Assembly (NCBI GenBank): GCA_951406725.2
Contig: OX597817.1
Location: 682,001-746,000 of the forward strand
DNA length: 64,000 nt
DNA from: Octopus vulgaris
Lineage: Eukaryota
Direction of reading: 5' to 3'
Part shown: positions 59,271-64,000 of the stretch, piece after piece
Position numbering within the stretch: position 1 is the stretch's first letter
How the letters are laid out: the number at the start of each line of letters is the position of its first letter
Made by a program: the position numbers and the translations under genes
Notes under the pieces: model-generated
Seen by the model: only the letters and a program-made list of their open reading frames with translations
Told to the model about the DNA's origin: nothing
Database searches by the model: none

Positions 59271-59835
59271 CACATCTGCTTCACTTTGTGACCGTTCATC
59301 ATATCATCTTGTGTTGCTTGTTTTGTGTTGTTTTCGTTTGTCTTGTTTCAAATCTGTTGTTGCAACACTCACATCTCTTGTCCTACCCACATCCTTTCAT
59401 CTTTTTTTTTCTCCCCCTTCCTATCCTTTAATGAAACCTCATCATATCCTGTTATAAAACTTGTTTTTTTTTTTTCTTTTTTGGATGTTGAAGTAATATA
59501 TCTCTAGGTAAATGGACTCTAAAATGCAAAGAGAAAATGTGCATCTTGTCTTTGTTATTGGAAGAAAAACTTTTATATGTTTATGTATGGGGAATGGATC
59601 AATCTATTTTTATATATATTAAAAACTGTATGTGTCTGCTTAAATTAGTTATTAGGTTTTATTTTTTATTGAAATTGTTTCTTGGTTATTTAACTTTTTT
59701 TGGTTCATTATAACTAACTTTCAAATGTTTTAAACTTCTTCAGTATCAAATTTATCTTCCAAGTCAAAGCAAAGTATTTGAGAACTTAGTCTTATGTAAT
59801 AGAATTATTTGGTGTGTATATACTTATATACTCTG

Positions 59836-61073
59836 AATAAACCACTACATTTTTTCTTAACTCTGAAATTATGCCTAACAACATATCCTTTATAGAATTA
59901 AATATCTTCCAGGTTGGTATGAGCCTAGCTAAATATCTAACTTCATAGATAGTACATGACAATCTCAATATTTATATAAACTTAAGTCTTTTTGTGAAGA
60001 TTATGTTAAAATGTAAGTGTTTGGACTCAGCTGTACTATATTTGTGGAGTCTAGAGTTTTAAATTTTCAATAATTAAGTTGTTGATCATCAGAGGAAATT
60101 TGGCTTTAACTTAAAGCAATTTTTTACAAGTCTGTGTTGACACACATTCTAAATTTTACTCTTTAAGCAAAACACTTCTATTTATGTAGAATTTATGAAA
60201 AGCATTCTTTCTGACTTCAAACATCTCTTTTGTCCTTGAGGCACATAATCGTGATTGCAAAATTGAGTTAAATATGAGAAAAAATATAATCCTACACACA
60301 GACTTAAAGAAGCTATTTAAGTACCCCAGCTAGGGAAAATATTTCACAAATAATTTGCAACCTTTTGAGATATGTAAATTCTACCTGTTAAAATGAATAT
60401 TTACTTCAAAACAAAATCACGAAACTCTCTCTATATGTACTACAAATCTAAAGGTATCCTTACACAAAATAGGACCTTTTGTTCAGAGAAAGGTTTCATT
60501 AAAGTTACAGAAAAAAAAAAGCTAACCAAATAGAATAACGATCATTGTTGGCTTGTGATGTGAAAATTCACATCCCACTCACTGCAGTCAGTTCATAATG
60601 TCCCTTAAAGCAGAATGCTTCTATTTCTTACCTCAGTCTTACTTCACTGAAGACTAGTTACATGTCTGGGGAAAGTGACCTACGATTAGACTACATTCTC
60701 TCCAAGAAGGGATTTCTCATGTTTAACTCTATAGAAACTATGGGTTTGGAAAGAATTAACTTTTTATTGAAGTTGCTAAGAGAAAAAAAAAGGTGGGGGT
60801 GGCCCCAACACAAACTGCTTCAACTTGCATAAATTGAATATAAACCCAACTCTTTATTTTGTATCAAAATAAGTATTGAAAGAATAATTAAAAAACCCAT
60901 GACTGAAATTTTTTTTACCCTTTTATGATTGGCCCTTGGTGCTCTAATTATATATACTAGAATGTAATTTTATCCTAAATTCAAGTGTATTAGTGGCCGT
61001 TTTTTTTTTATTTGCTTCCCCCATCCCATTTCATGTTAATTTTTTTTTATATATGTGCTTGTTTACTAATAAA
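59836..61073 (+). promoter_or_regulatory. Candidate TRAM1 polyadenylation signals (AATAAA at 59836-59841 and 61068-61073)
   Basis: AU-rich, transposon-poor stretch after the stop codon; both hexamers are followed by T-rich downstream sequence. Confidence 0.45.
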
Positions 61074-62087
61074 ATCAAATATATTCACATCCAAATAATT
61101 GTTTTCTCTTTTTTTTTTTTTTGAAAGTTTGAGAACTGGTTTAACTAGTCACTCACCAAAACAGTCCTGCTTTTCTTTCAGACGTACTTTACCAAATCAG
61201 CATAGGTCACATATTGTGTCCACTCTAGCTGTATTAAACACTGTTCAGTTTTTTTTTTCTCTCTCTACCCATGATTTTTCAGCAGCCATTGACTAAAAGA
61301 ATATTAAAGCAATTGATTTCACTTGTCTTGGAAAGTCTGTGAAGACTTTAAGCATAGCCCCTTCTGAGAGTGGAGGAAAAAGATCTTGTACTATTTACAC
61401 AACTAAACTCCCTACATAGTTGGCAAAATGAACAATTGGTGACTTTTTAGTGTGATCTAGCTTCCATCTGGACAGTTGTTATTACTATAGAGACAGATTC
61501 TTTGTTTTTTTTTCCATGGTTTGATCTGGAAAAAGGGTCTATCTATGGCCTTTGCAGGTGCTCTAGTCCAAGTGAGATGTTAAATGAAAGCATTAAGTCA
61601 ATAATAATCATCAGGGTTGGAGGGCTTCTTCTTGAGAATGAGATGCATTGCATTGTTGCCAAAGATCAGGATAGTCTCTTGAATTGTTCCTTTGTTGGTT
61701 TGAAGTGAGAAGGTGCTTTCACTCTGAACATGCATGTAGTAGAGAGGAAATATTTGCTAGGAGTTTTATGTATGGAGTTGGACACAAATGCAGAATCTTC
61801 TTGTGTTAAAACTACTTTTGACCATGGTCTTGAATCGGATAAAACTTTGCTCATCAGCCTACTTCAATCACTATGTTCTGCATACGAAAATCGTACCATC
61901 TCTGACCAAACCCATTCACCAACTTTGATAGCCATACTTATGTTTTCAGCCAAACCTTGTAAATATTTTCTGAAATTTTAGTCTGATAAGCAACCTTCAG
62001 GAACTCTTCCAGTCTATCAGGTGAAGTTAATCAACAGTTTATCAGACAGAGGAGCTACATAAACTAGGTAGATTACCTGTCCCTCTT

Positions 62088-63969
62088 CATCATCATCATC
62101 ATCGTTTAACGTCTGTTCTCCATGCTAGCATGGGTTGGACCAGGGATCTGTGAAGCCAGAAGGCTGCACCAGGCTCCGGTCTGATCTGGCAGTGTTTCTA
62201 CAGCTGGATGCCCTTCCTAACGCCAACCACTCAGTGAGTGTAGTGGGTGCTTTTTACGTGCCACCTGCACAGGTACCAGGCAAGGCTGGCAACGGCCACA
62301 ATCGGATTGGTGCATTTTACGTGCCACTGGCATGGAAGCCAGTCAAGGTGGCACTGGCAATCGGCCATGATTTGGATAGCGCTTCTTACTTGCCACCAGC
62401 ACGGAAGCCAGTCTAGGCGGCGCTGGCATCGGCCATGTTCAGTTGGCGCCACCGGCTCAGGGATCACAACTGCAGTTTCCAATGATTTTGATGTCGGTGT
62501 ACTTGACTCAATGGATCTCCTCAAGCACAGGGTCGAAATGGTGTTTCTTCACTTGCCACCTGCACAGGAGTCAGTCCAGCAGTTCTGGCAACTGCCAGGT
62601 GCCAGTCATAGGATTGGTTCAATTTTGATTCCGATTTCACTTGCCCCAACAGGTCTTTGCAAGCAGAGTTTAGTGTCCAATGAAGTGAGGTTGGCATGGG
62701 TGCCTGTCGTCGGATGAGGTTCGATTTCGACTTCGCTTGCCTCAACAGGTCTTTGTGTGTCCAAGGGAGGAAAGACATGCTGAAGTGGGCTGGACTCACT
62801 TGTCCTGCCTGGTCTTCTCACGCACAGCATATTTCCAAAGGTCTCGGTCGCTGGTCATTGCCTCGGTAAGGCCTAAAGTTCAAAGGTCGTGCTTCATCAC
62901 CTCATCCCAGGTTTTCCTGGGTCTACCTCTTCCACGGGTTCCCTCAACTGCTAGGGATTGGTACTTTTTCACACAACTATCTTCATCCATTCTTGCCACA
63001 TGACCATACTAGCGCAATCGTCTCTCTTGCACACCACAACTGATGTTTCTTAGGTCCAACATTTCTCTCAAGGTACTAACGCTCTGTCGAGTATGTACAC
63101 TGACGTTACACATCCATCGGAGCATACTGGCTTCATTCCTCACGAGCTTACGCATGTCCTCAGCAGTCACGGCCCATGTTTCACTGTAGCATAGCTGTTC
63201 GTACACATGCATCATACAGTCTGCCTTTTACTCTGAGCGAGAGGCCTTTAGTCACCAGCAGAGGTAAGAGCTCTCTGAACTTTGCCCAGGCTAGTCTTAT
63301 TCTAGCAGTTACGCTTTTAGCACCCCCACCCCCACTACTGACTTGGTCACCTAGATAACGGAAGCTATCAACTACTTCTAGTTTTTCCCCCTGAAAAGTG
63401 ACGGAAGTTGTTTTCTGCAGATTTTCAGAGTTTATTGCTCCTGAGCATCTGCCACATACAAAAACTATCTTCCCAGTTAGCCTTCCTTTGACATTGCTGC
63501 ACCTCTTATGTGTCCATAGCTTACACTGGGTACATCTTAGAGTTTCTACCTACGCCTTTTCTACAGATCGAGCAGGGCCATCTACCTGAAGGCATTTGTG
63601 GTTTGTCTACCTTCCTACTTATTAGGACGTTGGTTTTAGCTAGGTTGACTCTAAGGCCCTTCGATTCTAATCCCTCCTTCCACACCTGGAACTTCTCCAG
63701 TTCTGATAGTGACTCAGCAATTAGAGCAAGGTCGTCAGCACAGAGGAGCTCCCAGGGGCATCCTGTCTTGAATTCCTCTGTAATTGCCCGGAGGACTATG
63801 ATAAATAGGAGGGGGCTGAGGACTGAACCCTGGTGGACCCCAACCTCTACCTTGAATTCTTCAGTGTACACGTTGCCAACCCTAACCTTACTTACAGCAT
63901 CCCTGTACATGGCTTGCACAGCTCTCACCAGCCATTCATCTATCCCTAGTTTCCTCATTGACCACCATT
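62088..63969 (-). mobile_element. 5'-truncated RTE-clade LINE relic (RT domain, 3' UTR with tandem subrepeats, (ATG)n tail)
   Basis: VGVHQGSVLSPLLF, ELLCADDLAL (YADD decayed to CADD), SETWAVTAEDMRKL; frameshifts present. Confidence 0.93.
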
Positions 63970-64000
63970 CCTTTTACATAAATCATTAGTCTATCTGGAA

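Overview
Eukaryotic, AT-rich, repeat-dense animal DNA. The SINE, RTE-LINE and MITE families look like those of octopod cephalopods (inferred from repeat recognition, not confirmed). The only confidently supported protein-coding gene is a 13-exon TRAM1-family gene (translocating chain-associated membrane protein, TLC domain) on the + strand. Its CDS runs 26286-59270, totals 1113 nt (370 aa plus stop), has all GT-AG introns and is phase-consistent throughout. A CpG-enriched promoter region lies upstream (about 24680-25600), with weak signs of a divergent minus-strand spliced transcript. The rest is transposon-derived: RTE and CR1 LINE relics, a Penelope-like GIY-YIG endonuclease relic, piggyBac, DD37D/maT, hAT, Merlin-like and Tc1-like MITEs, tRNA-derived SINEs and two minisatellites. 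The most unusual signals are (i) inverted-repeat elements carrying decayed minimal hammerhead-ribozyme cores (13834-15295, with weaker copies elsewhere), in the same window as a Penelope endonuclease relic; (ii) long intronic inverted duplications in the TRAM1 pre-mRNA, which are candidate ADAR substrates; and (iii) an ATG-free leader of about 780 nt whose last 540 nt stay open in the TRAM1 frame and contain a strong-context CUG. Nearly all ORFs in the supplied track are spurious. All alignments and identity values were judged by eye.
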